DNA of 64,000 nucleotides from Hemiscyllium ocellatum (lineage: Eukaryota): assembly GCF_020745735.1 (NCBI RefSeq), contig NC_083412.1, forward strand, positions 46,441,181 through 46,505,180, given 5' to 3'. Below are positions 35,726 through 47,844 of the stretch, piece by piece. The number at the start of each line of letters is the position of its first letter. The first letter of the stretch is position 1. Both the position numbers and the translations under genes were made by a program. Below the pieces are notes generated by a model. It did no database searches. It was given only the letters and a program-made list of their open reading frames with translations, and had not been told where the DNA came from.

Positions 35726-38344
35726 TAATTTAAGTCATTCATATTTATTAGTTCACTTTTGTTCTCTAAATCATGAACTTCATGTTCAATGCCATCTCCT
35801 ATCTATCATCCAGACAACAGCAATGTGGTTGACTTTCAACTACCCTCTGAAATGGAATGACATGCCACTCAGTTGCTCTCATCACTATGAAGTCTTAAGA
35901 ATGAAATGAAGCCAGGCAAACTACCTACCATTGTCCTAGGCATTGGAAATACCAATGGCAGAAACATCCCCATTAATCCTGTAAAGTCCTCCTTATTAAC
36001 ATCTGCAAAATTGTGTCAAAATTGGGAGAGCTGTCTTACAAACTAGTCAAGCAGCAACCTGACACTGTCATACTCAGGGAATCATTCCTGACAGACAGTT
36101 ACCTAGACATGACCATCATCACTGCTAGACACATCCTTTTCCACTGGCAAGACAGAACCATCAAAAGTGGCAGCACTGTGGTATACAGTCAGGAGGGAAT
36201 TACCCTGGGATATCTCAAATCGACTCTAGACTCCATGAAGTCTGGTGGCTTCAGGTTGAACATGGACTAGGAAACAACCTGCTGATTACGACAAACCATC
36301 CTCCCTTGGTTAATATTGAATGCTTGCAGGAAAATCTGTGGGTGGCAAAGATGCAAGTTATATTCTGGATAAGAGATTTTAATGCCCACATCAAGAGTGG
36401 TTTCGCAGGAGCAGTACTGATTGAGCTGGTTGGGTCGTAAAGGGCACTGCTGCTATACTGGGTCTGTAACAGGTGATGAATAAATGAACAAGAGAGAAAA
36501 GCATCAGTCTATGATACATTGGTAAGAGTGACCACCTTGTAGAAATACCTTCACATTATAAATATCCTCTACTGTGTTGTGTAGCAGTATAGTGGTGTTA
36601 AATGGAACAGACTTTGAACAGATGGAGCCATGACTGGGCATCCTTGAGGCACTGTGCATGATCAACAGCAGCAGAATTATACTTCGCAATCTGCAACCCC
36701 TTGGCCCTGTGTATCCTTCACTCAACCAACTCCTCATCAAGCTAAGGAATCAACCCTGGTTCAACAGAGAGTGCAAGAGGACATGCCAAGAGCAGCACCA
36801 CGCACACCTAAAAATGAAGCATCAACCCAGTGAAGCTAAAAACGAGAGTACTTGCAATCAAACATTAGCAGCAAGTGATAGAGCTAACCAATTTCACAAT
36901 TAAGGGATCAGATCTAAGCTCTGCAGTCTTGCCATATCCAGTCATGATTGGTGGTGATCAACGAAACAACTCACCAGAAGAGAACATTCCACAAATATCC
37001 CCATCCTCGATGATGAAAGACCCTAACAGCTCAATAGAAAAGATGAAGCTGAAGTGTGCGCAACAGTCTATAGCCACAAGTGCCAAGTAGATGTCCCATC
37101 TTGGTCTCCTGCAGTGGTCCCCAGCATTACAGATACCAGTCTTCAGCCAATTTGATTCACTCAACATGGTACCAAGAAACTGTTGGAGGCATTGAATACT
37201 GCAAAGACTATCGGCCCTGACAATGTTCCTGCAATAGTCTTTGAGAATTGTGCTCCAGAACTTGCTGCTTCCATTGCCAAGTATTTTAATATAGTTTCAA
37301 TATGGGAACCTATTCAAAAGGTATGTCCTGCACATAAAAGGCAGAACAAATCCAAACCAGCCCATTACTGCCTCATCAGTATACTCTTGGTCAGCCATGA
37401 AGTGATTGAAGGTAGTATTAGCAGCATCTGCTCAGCAATAAGCTGTTCAGCGACAACCAGTTTGGGACCACTCAACTGCTGACTTCATTGTAGCTTTGGT
37501 TCAAACATGGACATAAGACCTGATTTCCAGAGGTGAGGTGAGAGTGAAAGCCCTTAACATCAAGGCAGCATTCAATCATGTGTGGTATCAAGGAACCCCA
37601 GCAAAACTGGAATTAATGGGTATCAGAGGCAAACTCTCCAGTGGTTGGAGTCATACCTGGCAGATAGGAAGATGATTGTGGTTGTTGCAGTCAGTCATCT
37701 CAGCAGTAGGTCTTCAGGGTAATGTCTGAGGTCCTAACATTTTCAACTGCTTCATCAATTAGCTTCCTCCACCATAAGGTGAGAAGTGGAGATGTTCACT
37801 ATTGATTACACTGTATTTATTACTATTGATTACACTGTATTCAGGACCGTACATGACTCCTCAAATACTGAAGTAGTAAATGTTCAAATGCAACAAGATA
37901 TGGACAAGATACAGACTTGAGGTGACAAGTGGAAAATTACATTCATGCCACACAAATGCCAGGCGACTACTATCTCCATTAAGAGAGAATCTAAGCACCA
38001 CTTGATTTTCCCCATGATTATAATTCTTGGAGTTACCATTGACCAGAAACTCAACTAGAATGGCCGTATAAATACAGTGCCGACAAGACCATGTCATAGA
38101 ACTAGGAATATGGCAGCAAATAACTTATCTCTTGGCTCTCCAAAGCCTGTCCACTCATCCACAAGCATCTAGCCCCTCCACCACCGATGTTCAAGAGCAG
38201 CTGTGTATTCTATCCATAAGATGCACTACAGAAATTTACTAAAACTCCTTAAACACTACCTTCCAAACCCAAGACCATTTCCATCAAGAACAACAAGGAC
38301 AGAAGATGTATGAGAAAACCACCACCTGATTTAGAAATATATCA

Positions 38345-38688
38345 TGATGTGGAGGTGTTGGTGTTGAACTGGAGTGGACAAAGTTAAAAATCACACAACA
38401 CCAGATTATGTTCCAACAGGTTTAATTGGGAAGTACTAACTTTCGGAGTGCTGCTCCTTCACTAGGTAATTAGTGGAGCAGGATCATAAGACACGGAATT
38501 TATAGTAAACGATCACAATGACATGTTCAATATATCATTTTAAATGCATGACACTGTGATCTTTTGCTATAAATGCTGTGTGTTATGATCCTGCTTCACT
38601 TGTTACCTGATGAAGGAGCAGTGCTCTGAAAGCTAGTACTTCCAAATAAATTTGTTGGGCTATAACCTGGTGTAGTATGAGTTTCAAC
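38345..38688. mobile_element. Penelope-like fold-back insertion (family 2)
   Basis: Inverted arms ~38381-38525 and ~38547-38690; 14-bp TSD TTAGA(A/T)ATATATCA at 38331-38344 and 38689-38702; hammerhead motif in each arm. Confidence 0.85.
38604..38638 (+). ncRNA. Minimal type-I hammerhead ribozyme motif (PLE family 2)
   Basis: TAC-CTGATGA-A-GGAGC-AGT-GCTCT-GAAA-GC-TA-GTA: core boxes intact, 5-bp stem II closed by G-U, palindromic AGCT in place of stem III, 3-bp stem I. Confidence 0.7.
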
Positions 38689-38892
38689 TTAGATATATAT
38701 CACCATTCTTTCTCTGTCAGTGGATCAAAATCCTGGAAGTTCCTCTCGAAGGGCACTGTGGGTTAACCTGCAGCATGTGGACTGTAGCCATTCAAGAAGG
38801 CAGCTCATCACCACCTTCTCAAGGACATCCAGGGATGGGCAATAAATTCTGGCCACCCAGCAATGCCCATGTCCCATGTCTGAATTCAGAAA

Positions 38893-39266
38893 GGCTACTT
38901 GTTGGTGCCTCATAGACAAGCATCAGTAACATGGCTACAGGCTATCGCTGGGCCCAGTGTCTGACAGTGAAAGAGGTGGCGTTCGGGCTGTTGCCATGTG
39001 CGGGGATTCAGGGTGCCTGAGTAATTGCAGGCTGAGGGCTGGACTTTATGGCTTTGTTACTCTGGTGGCAAGGACTCAGGAAGGAAGCAGGGGAGTGATC
39101 TGGACATTTCCTTTTCATTTGGCTGTTTCTTTTATTTGTTCTTCTGTTTTTAATCCTGTCTTTTGTAAACATTTATGATGCCGGAGAATGGTGACTTTGT
39201 ACACTTTTCAATGTGCAGCGGTATTTCTGTACTTGGGTACACATGACAATAAGATTTAAGTCTGAA
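38893..39266 (+). mobile_element. Non-autonomous element with a Rex1/Babar-like 3' end
   Basis: GC-richer non-coding body ending CTTTTCAATGT...GTACACATGACAATAA. Confidence 0.45.
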
Positions 39267-40270
39267 CCACTAATGTTTCCCATCCTGATTGCTTCATAGC
39301 TCCATCTAGACTGATTCTACATCCAGATTTTCGGTGCCAAAATCCTTTCTAAAAACGCACTGCTTTCATTTTTTTTCCTAACCTCACCACTCACCTCCTT
39401 TTCCTCTGTCCTTCTTAAAAATTGAATACCCTGAGAACATTTAGATATTTTTATGCTATTATTTTGACTATTTTTTGAACAGTTTTCAAACTGCAATGTG
39501 GTGGAAACTGGAAGGATACAAATAAGCAATTTCAGTTGGGTTAAAGACTGCTTATTTTTAAGAGTGATTGCTAATGAGACATTTAAAGGAGAACAGCTCA
39601 GTACCAGAGGAGAGAGAAACATTTATCAGTTAGCATGGGAGCCTGAAAGGAAATCCACATCATCTGCAGTTTCGGAGGAACAGGGTCAAGAGAGCAGGAG
39701 GTGCATTTTTTGGACAAAATGCTCTCAGTGCAAGCAAGACTGCACAAAGGAACCATGTCCTTCCTGTATTTACAGATGAAATCAATGCTTTCTTTTCTTT
39801 GTTGCAACAAATTCTGGTTTTACAAATACTCTTCCTACTGCACCAGTATGACATTTTCATTAATCACAGCAAAGATAATTGAGACTGTGTGAATAAGACT
39901 TCCAATTTTATGCAAATGAGCCCACATTTTTTTGCTATAGTTATTTGGAACTGTGGGAACAGTACATTAATTTGTTCAAAGGCTGCTAAATTCAACAGAG
40001 TGGGAACTTTAATTTTGATTAGTTGGGCATAGATTTAAAAATATATACCAATAAAATTGTGGCCAAGTATGTACTGAAATAAAATTTCACACTCAAAAGC
40101 AGATCATTCATTGAAAAAAATTACAATTTGGTGGAGAGGGTGGAGGAGTTGAGGAAAGATTTTATGGAGCTGGAAAGGATGGGAAATCTGACAGCAGGCT
40201 GACTTAATTAGTTGCAAGATTTTGCATTCCTAATGGTGGCTTACAATTTTGAGCTTATCTTGTTGTGACT

Positions 40271-40858
40271 GTGGCTGTACAGGACATTGGTTAAGCCACT
40301 GTTGGAATATTGCGTGCAATTCTGGTCTCCTTCCTATCGGAAAGATGTTGTGAAACTTGAAAGGGTTCAGAAAAGATTTACAAGGATGTTGTCGGGGTTG
40401 GGGGATTAGAGCTACAGAGAGAGGCTGAACAGGCTGGGGCTGTTTACCCTGGAGCGTCGGAGGCTGAGGGGTCACTTTATAGAGGTTTACAAAATTATGA
40501 GGGGCATAGATGGGATAAATAGGCAAAGTCTTTTCCCTGGGGTCGGGGAGTCCAGAACTAGAGGGCATAGGTTTAGGGTGAGAGGGGAAACATATGAAAG
40601 AGACCTAAGGGGCAACCTTTTCACACAGAGGGTGGTACATGTATGGAATGATCTGCCAGAGGAAGTGGTGGAGGCTGGTACAATTGCAACATTTAAGAGA
40701 CATTTGGATGGGTGTATGAAGAGGAAGGATTTGGAGGGATATGGGCCAAGTGCTGGCAGATGGGACTAGATTGGGTTGGGATATCTGGTCGGCATGGATT
40801 GGTTGGACCGAAGGGTCTGTTTCCATGCTGTACATCTCTATGATTCCATGACTCTATG
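40271..40858 (+). mobile_element. CR1 family B 3' fragment, young
   Basis: LYRTLVKPLLEYCVQFWSP through GYGPSAGRWD*; tail CTCTATGATTCCATGACTCTATG. Confidence 0.95.
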
Positions 40859-41279
40859 GCAGGACTGGTGTCACACTAGCCCATGACGCTTTCCTATTTG
40901 TAATAAATTGGCATGACATAAATTCTCATTATTTTAAAACTTCCTGTAAATGCATCCTACCTTCATGATAAAATCAGCAGCACACAAGAAGCTTATGGCA
41001 CCTGGTTCATCTTGATTAAAACTGGTGTGCAGCATTTGGCTTTCTGCAGTTGTGTGTAAATTTAATGGTTTTCCTTGTTGAATTCTGCAGTCCAACAGTT
41101 GGGGACTGGAGGATGGCAGTCTTGATGGGTGCATGAATAACACTTAGCTTTTTTAGAGGAAATTTGTAACAAAATGTCAATATGTTAAACACTGTCTTTT
41201 CCTGAATTTCTCTTTAAATGTCACCTTGTAGTAAAGGTGGATTGGAAAGTGCAACTTCAATATATTCTTTACAGCGATT

Positions 41280-42455
41280 AGTGCTGCTGACAAAGCTGGT
41301 ATTTGTTATCATCACTGATTACCATTGAATAGGTGGCTGTGAGCCGCTTTCTTGAACTCTTAGGAAGTGTCTTCCAGATTTTTGTCCCAGTGACAGTGAA
41401 AGAACAGAGATAAAAGTTTTGATGATATGTGGCTTCGAGGGAACTTGCAGGTGGTGGTTTTCCCATACATCTGCCAAGCTGATCCCTCTTAGTAATAGAC
41501 GTCTTAGATATTGAGATAGTATTAAAGGAGGTTTGGCAAGTTGCTGCAATGCATCTTATTGATGGGACATGGGGAATATTTAAGATGGTGGATTGGATGC
41601 CAACAAAGTAGGCTGTTTTGTCCTGGATGCTGTCAAGCTGCTTGAGGGTTTTTGAATTTGCACTCACCTAGGCAAATGAGCAATATTCAGTCACACTCCT
41701 AACTTGTGCTTGTAAATGGTAGGCAGACTTTGGGTGTCTGGAGTTTTGTCTGTTATTTGTATCAGAGTTTCCAGCTTCTGACCTCCTCTGTAGCAGCAGT
41801 ATTCATTTGTCAGTCCACTTAAACTTCTGGTTAATCTTAACCCTCAGGATATCGATGCTGGTGGATTCAGCAATGGTAATGTCATTGAACGTCAAGGGGA
41901 GATAATTCAAATTACAGTTATTGCCTTGTATGGTTGGTGCTTATTAAACAAGCTAGTTAATGTCTAAAACTTGCTCCATGCTGGAATGAATTGTCTCAGT
42001 ATCTCAAGAATTAGAAATTGTGCTGAATATTGTGCAATCATCAGTGACAATGCCCAATTCTGATTAACGTTCCCTCTAAATTGTTTGACTGCACTGTTGT
42101 GCAGCTGCTCCAAGGGTCTGCACATGTTGACACAGTTACCAGCATTAACTTCTGGAGGTACATGCAGAAAAGTAAACAGAACTGGAGAAAACATAGTCTA
42201 TGATGGAGGTAAAGCCATTAATGGAATAGCTGGAGCTGGTTGGATTTGTGATACTACCTTCAGTTCATGCAGCAATGTCTTGGGACTGAGATGATTGGTT
42301 TTCAATGATTGTAATAATTTTCTTTTGAGCTAGTTATGACTCCATCCTGTTTTCTCCAGATTTCCATTGATATCAGTTTCTCTGCCCTGTCATGCCTTAC
42401 TCAACCTTGATGTCAAGGGCAGTCACTCACACCTAACCTCTGGAATCAGCCAGTT
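41280..42455 (-). mobile_element. Older Zenon-like LINE 3' part
   Basis: TLKQLDSIQDK, VTALDIK and tail similar to the reverse complement of 37530-38880. Confidence 0.7.
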
Positions 42456-42469
42456 TCATAAAATGGCTC

Positions 42470-42680
42470 CAATTGCTCGAGAAGTTGCCATGGAGAGTGT
42501 ACCCATTAATGATGTCTAATAGCCAGGCTTTTTAAAATTTTAAAGTTTTAAACTACCCCACTTGCCAACCAATTAGCACTTCCACCCATGCAGTGTAAAT
42601 GTTGGTTTTCTCCTTGAATTGATGTCCAGATAAATGCGAGACAACAAGTTTCAACAAAATGTGTCTTCTTTTCAGAAATG
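42470..42680. mobile_element. PLE family 4 terminus with an inverted piece
   Basis: 42470-42545 resembles 8580-8660 directly; 42556-42680 resembles the reverse complement of 8445-8577; strongly decayed hammerhead at ~42623-42655. Confidence 0.55.
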
Positions 42681-43423
42681 CTCATATTCTGTACAACTAA
42701 ACGATTAAAAATAATGTATTGTTTGATGCGCATTAAATGGTCTCTGAGTGCAAGGCTATTTTTAAAAGTCCTGTATATAAGTGAACAAAATGTAGAAAAT
42801 GAATGCAATACTAAAATGCTGAAAAGTTCAGAATATAAATTGATCAGTTCTAACTCTCACTGCTCAGTATGATTTGAGATTGAGACCAAAATCTGCTTTG
42901 ATGGAAGCAGGTTTGGAGATGGGAATGCCATTTATTGAGGTGAAGTGGTTGTACCAGAAATCTACCACCTTCTCATCTCAACTTGAGTTAATTTCTTGGT
43001 GGGGAAGCACATGGTTGAACTTTTTGCCTCACTGTCAATTGAGGCCCATAAGTGCAGGAGTTCCTGAAGGGCCTCATTGCTGCTGCTAGATTAATCCAGC
43101 TGTAAGTGAACCTGCTGCTGTACAGCATGCACAACAGGTTAAATGATGCAGGTTGCTTGTCGCATAGATGTGATGGAGGGGATTAGTTAAAAACAATCAT
43201 GGCCTGATCAAGAGAGTGGACATTGGGATGGTGGCAGAGATTGAGTAGGGGCACTATCAGAGCATCAGAATTCCCCTGCCCTGAAGTGAGACCTTAAAAA
43301 GCAACCAGTGAAAGAAAATGTCATCAATTGCAAAAAGTAATGAAACCTAAAATTAATTCTGATTTGTGCTATGCATGGTCACCCTGACCTTATACAGTCA
43401 ATGTTGTAAACAATAACTTCATG

Positions 43424-44070
43424 ATGGCACAGTGAGTTAGGACTGCTGTCTCACAGTACCAGAGGTCCAGGTTTGATTCTAGCCTTGGGTTGATCATCCA
43501 GAGCAAGGAGTTGACCTCGACTGAGTGTTGCAAACTGGCAAATACCAAGGTCCAGAGCTATGTGCTGAGGGATGCATGACAGTTTGGGGCAGCTACTGCC
43601 ATGTTGTCATGGGGAAAGAGCCCCATCTAAGGTCTTTCTGCCAAAGCACAATGAGGGGTCTGTTCAATTAACAGGTGCCTCAAAAAATGTAAATAATACA
43701 TTGCATAAATAAGAAATGCTTTAAGATGTTGAAACTGTCAGTGGAGTCTGACTACAATGTTTGTTTGTTCTTAACATATTTAAACTGTGCAGAATCGAAC
43801 TGCTCTTGCGACTATGTATATGAAGATTTTTGTGAATAAAGTATATATTTAAAATAAAAAGTTAGATTCCTGTCTTGGTTATCTATTTGTATGGAGTTTA
43901 CATGTTCTCCCTGTGTCTGCACGGGATTCTGCCTGGTGCTGTGGTTTCCTGCCACAGTTGAAAGATCTGACTGTTAGGCAGATTGGTCATGCTAAATTGT
44001 GCTGACGTCTCCAGAGATGTACAGGCTCGGTTGATTACCTATGTTAATTGTGGGGTTACAGGGATTTCTA
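43424..44070 (+). mobile_element. Older HE1-like V-SINE split by a Tx1 insertion
   Basis: tRNA-like head 43424-43490; V core resumes at 43881 (TTTGTATGGAGTTTACATGTTCTCCCTGTGTCTGC). Confidence 0.8.
43491..43860 (+). mobile_element. Tx1-like (L1 group) LINE 3' end
   Basis: LIIQSKELTSTECCKLANTKVQSYVLRDA*QFGAATAMLSWGKSPI* (stop 43628-43630), AT-rich UTR, AATAAA and A-rich tail; flanked by a decayed 20-bp repeat. Confidence 0.7.
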
Positions 44071-45930
44071 TGAAAGGTCAGTGCACTGTGAGGATACTAT
44101 CACTTTATTCGATACTACTTGTTTGTGCAGACTTCAAAAATAGATATCTATGAATAAAGTATATTCTTGAAAAATAAATATACATGCAAAGTACTCAGAA
44201 TTGCCTTTAATCTCTTCAAGCGTGTGGTTCCCAGATGCCTCATGCTCCTGGCAATTGGCTTAAGGGAATGTGTTTTGTTGACTCTTTGCTTCCTTTTTCT
44301 AAGAATGTCCACTGATTCAGACCTAACCATGAACACTGGGAATCTTTTTTGTAACTTCACAGAGTTTTCACTTTACCTTAAAGTCCCTAGTTTATATATA
44401 AAAAAGGCACTATTGCTGTGGTTACTTCATGATTCACTTTGTCTTCAAGTCAACTGCTTTCAGCCTTGCAGATGTCCATTACAATCAATTTCACCCTTCC
44501 GGCAATGTTCCAAGAAATCTTGCTCAGTTAAAGTTCCTGAGGCAGTGTCCAAGTGAAAGTCTTGAGATCATGCCACAACTGTGAAGGAACCATGAGATTC
44601 CTATTTTGAAACCTTTTTTTTCATTCTATTTGGATATTATGTATGGATAAGATATGAAAATCAAACATGCATTAATACTAAGCTCTCAAAAGTATTAGAA
44701 TAGCTATAACGTTCAAAGTAAACATGAAACTTTTCAAATCTAATTTTATATTTCCGACCTTTCATGTTAGAATGATGCAAATGTATCAAAATATGAAATT
44801 ATCAAACCTGGATATAGTTCTGCATGATTGCATATGCAGCATTTGACTTTTAAGCATAGAATGAACCCATACTTCATCTTTTCAATTTCAGTCACATGTC
44901 TTTTTTCTTTGATGTCCTGACAGTTGAGCACCAAGAGAGAAAATATGAATTGACTATTAATAATAAGGAGCAGCAGAATGGATTAAACAGAGGAAGTAGC
45001 TGGGGAGTAAAGGAGAGTACCTAAGAAATGTGAAAATAAATTAAGATGTTTTGGAATGGAAAGGTCAGTATTGGAATAAGGCAGGTAATGGACTCACATT
45101 TGCTTTCAAATTCTTACCCAGGGTGCTGGGATAAAAAAGGGCAAATGCTTCACGAAATAAGAAGGAATCTGGCTCAGAACTGGGTTGAAAAGCTAGTGGA
45201 AAGATTAATATAGCAACAGAAAGATAGCTTCAAATATGGGATTGATAGACAAAGTTAATGAGTTCCGATCAGGCAAAGAAAAACATGCATTTAAGAATTG
45301 ATTTCCTTGGAATAAGTGGATTCGTATTCAGCTAAAATGTAAAACCGAGATATATGATAAACATAGAGCTAATTAGAAAGAAATTACCGGGAATGTGGAA
45401 GTTAATTTAGTGAGGGGAGGCAAAAAGTAAAATTAATAGGCTTAAAAGGGTATATGAAAGAATGTTAACATAATTAAAGTAATACGTGTTCTGTGTTAAC
45501 CAGACAATAGCCTTTTCAGCACAGTGTCTCTTAAAGAGCTTGTAAAATCGTTAATTTCAATGTGTGCGCCTCATGGTAGAGATTATGACTGGGATGGACA
45601 TTTGTACATGATTGCATTTCAAGCTAGATAATATGAGCTTTGTGATAATTTTAAAAAGAACACAGTTAAAGACAGGAAAGGTGCACTCATGATGGGACAG
45701 AATTTTCAGGACTCACTGAGGTCAGGAATAAAGGCAAAGAGGAATTGAAGATATAAGCACAGACCTCTGGCTCTGAGCTAGGTTCGTTACTGAGTTTTTA
45801 TGAATTCTCCGGCTGTCCTCCAATACTGTGCTTTGCGTACTAAGGAGAACTGTTCAAACTGTGACTCTTTTTTTGTCTGGCAGAAAATCATGGAATCTTC
45901 AGTCCATATCCGACTATGATCTTTAATTAG

Positions 45931-46218
45931 TAATGGGTGAAAGGTTACAGGGAGGCAAGAAAGTAGAGTTAAGGCCGAGATGAGATTGGCCGCGATGTGT
46001 TAAAAGGTGGAACAGGTTTGAGGAGCAAAGTTGTCGGCTCCTGCTCTTGGTTCTTAAGACCATAAAACATAGGGTCAGAGATTAGGCCAATCGGTCCATC
46101 TAGTCTGCTCCGCCATTCAGTCATGGCTAATAGATTTCTCAACAGCTTTGCCAGCTTTCTCCCCATAACCTTTGATTCCCTTGACAGTCGCTAACTTATT
46201 TATCTCTGTTTTAAATGT
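45931..46218. mobile_element. Two CR1 family C 3' ends joined tail to tail (+ 45931-46054, - 46055-46218)
   Basis: Both carry the KGYG...W end and the CTCCTGCTC...CTTATG-type UTR, in opposite orientations. Confidence 0.75.
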
Positions 46219-46604
46219 CCTCTTCTGCTCATATCTCCCCATGCCAGCCATGCAGAGCAAATGGGATGGTTAACTCCAGTTGAAGAGGAGGCACTTCTTC
46301 TGTACCACCAGTTATATGAGTTAGGATGTGAAGTTCATCCACAAATGATAGTGTTCAATAGAAAGAGTGTGCTGCTGAAGACTGAAGACAAAATGTTCCT
46401 TGATGGCCTGGACATGTAATGACTGATCTTGATATCGTGGAAGTGAGAAATGCAGATGAGGTGTGGATAGAATAGCTTTGAAAAGAGACAGGGGATGGAG
46501 ATCTTTTGGCATGGTTGAACGTTCCTGTTTCTAAGTCAGAAACTCTGTGTTCAAGGATTTGAGGGGAAAGGGTTGATCTGGTGACATTGTCACAGGACAA
46601 CAAA

Positions 46605-47380
46605 TGCAGTGATGCAGACTAATGCTCTGGGGTCTTGAGTTTGAGTCCCACCATTGCCCCATTAAATTGAGTGTAATGATAGTATCAGTGATGATGACAG
46701 TTAAACAATTATCAGTTGTTGTAAAAGCCCTTCTGATTCAATGAGGTCTTTTCAAGAAGTAAATGTGGCAAAAATATCTGGTCTGGTCTACTTGTGACTC
46801 CAGATGCTCAGGAGTGTGGTTGACTGTTAACTACCTACTGAGGTAATGGCAAAGTAATAATGTAACTAAATGAGTAATCCTGAGAAAAAGACTAACGTTC
46901 TGAGGAAATAGGTTTGAATCCTATCACTGCAAATAGTGAAATTTGGTACACCACTTGGAGGATCCTCTGAGAGTGTGGAAAGAGCTCAGAAAGCAGTCTG
47001 TTGGAGAGAACATCAGTGTCCATCACTGTGAGTGGTTTTGTAGTGTTACTACTGAGTAGACTGGTTGATTCCAAAAACACACAGTTGCTGGTCTGGATAT
47101 ACAGCTGGTGGCAATAAAAAAGAAAATTCTAGTTGATCTCATCATCACCAGATATGTCTGACCTCGAATCTATTGTTTGGTATGACCACAGCGTAAAATC
47201 ATGTAGAGATTATGTTTGATCTTCATATTGAAGATGTTATGTTGTGTTATATTATGTTGATCGAGTAATTCAAAATTGGTCATTCATAATGAGCTCTGTG
47301 TTATCATCAGCAGCAGAATTCTGTTCAACCACAATCTGTAACTTCAGTTGTGGCATATCCTATAATGCACCATTACCACC
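46605..47380 (+). mobile_element. Two tRNA-like heads of the Zenon-like family, the second joined to endonuclease sequence
   Basis: B-box-like GAGTTTGAGTCC (~46637) and GGTTTGAATCC (46911-46921); 46800-46841 resembles 35809-35850; 46946-47070 resembles 36311-36440. Confidence 0.55.
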
Positions 47381-47381
47381 A

Positions 47382-47842
47382 GGCAGGTTAGCTCAATTAT
47401 TAGATTAGATTACATACAGTGTGGAAACAGGCCCTTCGGCCCAACAGGTCCACACCGACCCATCGAAGCGCAACCCACCCAGACCCATTCCCCTACATTT
47501 ACCCCTTCACCTAACACTACAGGCAATTTAGCCTTGCCAATTCACCTAACCTGCACATTTTTGGATTGTGGGAGGAAACCGGAGCACCTGGAGGAAACCC
47601 ATGCAGACATGGGGAGAATGTGCAAACTCTACACAGAAAGTCGCCTGAGGCAGGAATTGAACCCAGGTCTCTGGCGCTGTGAGGCAGCAGTGCTAACCAC
47701 TGTGCCACCGTGCCATGGACAGTTGGTCTGCATGCAGAGTAATGCCAACAGCATGCATTCAATTCACACAACAGCTGAGTTTATAATGAGGTATAGTCCT
47801 TTTCAACCTCTCCCATCGCCTGAGGTGTGGTGCATCTCCTTA
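47382..47842 (+). mobile_element. Older tRNA-derived SINE split by an HE1 insertion in its A-box region
   Basis: GGCAGGTTAGCTCAAT...[HE1]...GGACAGTTGGTCTGCATGCAGAG..ATGCCAACAGCATGCATTCAATTC...CGCCTGAGGTGTGGTG. Confidence 0.5.
47400..47714 (-). mobile_element. Young full-length HE1-like V-SINE with (AATCT)n tail
   Basis: GGCACGGTGGCACAGTGGTTAGC A-box, GGTTCAATTCC B-box, intact V core, several CpGs retained. Confidence 0.95.
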
Positions 47843-47844
47843 AT

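Larger units (their letters stand above)
35800..38892 (+). mobile_element. Near full-length decayed CR1-group (Zenon-like) LINE with no visible ORF1
   Basis: KLGELSYKLVKQQPDTVIL.ES, DFNAH, SDH, QPWFNRECKR, GPDNVPAIVFENCAPELA, ALNIKAAFNHVWYQG; tail CACCACCTTCTCAAGG...GGGATGGGCAATAAAT; clade assignment tentative. Confidence 0.8.

Noticed and set aside
44167-44556. 129-aa ORF
   Set aside because: TTG start, no domain similarity, no supported exon structure
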